The position numbers and the translations under genes are program-made. The notes under the pieces were generated by a model. It worked only from the letters and a program-made list of their open reading frames with translations, ran no database searches and was not told the origin of the DNA. Shown in pieces: positions 63,647 to 64,000 of a stretch of DNA of 64,000 nt. Origin of the DNA: Candidatus Falkowbacteria bacterium. GTDB taxonomy: Bacteria > Patescibacteriota > Patescibacteriia > Patescibacteriales > WJLG01. How positions within the stretch are numbered: position 1 is the stretch's first letter; the number at the start of each line of letters is the position of its first letter. The stretch spans positions 267,592-331,591 of the forward strand of contig CAVVFV010000008.1 in NCBI GenBank assembly GCA_963747695.1. Direction: 5' to 3'.

Positions 63647-63952
63647 TTAATTCGCTTTCGTTGCCACCTTTCCCCTTAAGACGGCGATTCCTTCTGCATA
63701 TTTCCGTTGAAGAAATCGTTTTTCCCCAAGTTGGAGAAGTCGCTCTTCAACGAGATTGATAAATGCAGAGGCATCACTCGGGGTTAAAGTGACGCTGAGC
63801 GAATGCGAACCTCCGTCGTGCGGGCAACCGGTCCATTCACCCTTTTTTAAAAGCGCTCCGATAACGTCACCGTAGAGAATGTCTTCTAAAACGTTGCCGG
63901 CTGGCGTATGTTGCGACGCGGAAAGTCTGAAAAACATTTCACGTTCTTTCAT
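63647..63952 (-). CDS. hypothetical protein
   Basis: 101 aa from ATG 63952, with AGGAG 8 nt upstream. Confidence 0.65.
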   Translation of the reverse strand: MKEREMFFRLSASQHTPAGNVLEDILYGDVIGALLKKGEWTGCPHDGGSHSLSVTLTPSDASAFINLVEERLLQLGEKRFLQRKYAEGIAVLRGKVATKAN

Positions 63953-64000
63953 GAGCAAGCTCCTTTTTGTATGTGTTTGTGTTGGGAAATAGCGATTATT

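Noticed and set aside
1-64000. Alternative genetic code (UGA recoding, as in some candidate phyla)
   Set aside because: TGA cleanly terminates well-defined genes (e.g. 4578-5396 and 6607-7059), with the next functional element following immediately. Long conserved genes (radA, recG, virB4, DEAD-box) contain no in-frame TGA.

Overview
Densely coded, standard-code (TGA is a stop) bacterial chromosomal segment. Its content looks like a small-genome, monoderm, CPR/Patescibacteria-like organism; this is inferred from gene content and repeat families, and no search was run. All family calls come from motifs read by eye.

Layout:
- 227-12569 (+): a T4SS-like cluster (VirB6/TrbL-like, PrgI/VirB3-like, VirB4 ATPase), then radA.
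- 13234-16577 (-): recG and an unknown gene.
- 16806-33544 (+): two paralogous giant surface proteins of 3212 and 2317 aa, about 26% of the window.
- 33.6-37.5 kb: tRNA-Arg(CCG), an ABC-2 exporter, tRNA-Arg(GCG) and tRNA-Ser(GCU).
- 37.5-45.6 kb: an AT-rich island of about 8 kb at tRNA-Ser carrying nucleotide-sugar modification genes.
- 45.6-64 kb: a mixed accessory stretch (SRPBCC pair, VOC, ICMT, YdjC, BNR propeller with a T9SS-like tail, YbjQ, C39 peptidase, RelB/RelE, DEAD-box helicase).

Most striking signal: nearly every gene junction of the T4SS-like operon carries a pair of inverted arrays of 7-8 nt tandem repeats. Three of these stems enclose a four-helix-bundle (23S-rRNA-IVS-protein/Avd-like) gene, and three are empty. 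This looks like a family of IVS-like stem-loop cassettes inside an mRNA operon.

Other notable points: palindromic repeats inserted in frame into recG, partial tRNA duplications around tRNA-Arg and tRNA-Ser, and a GTCATYCC... MITE-like family.
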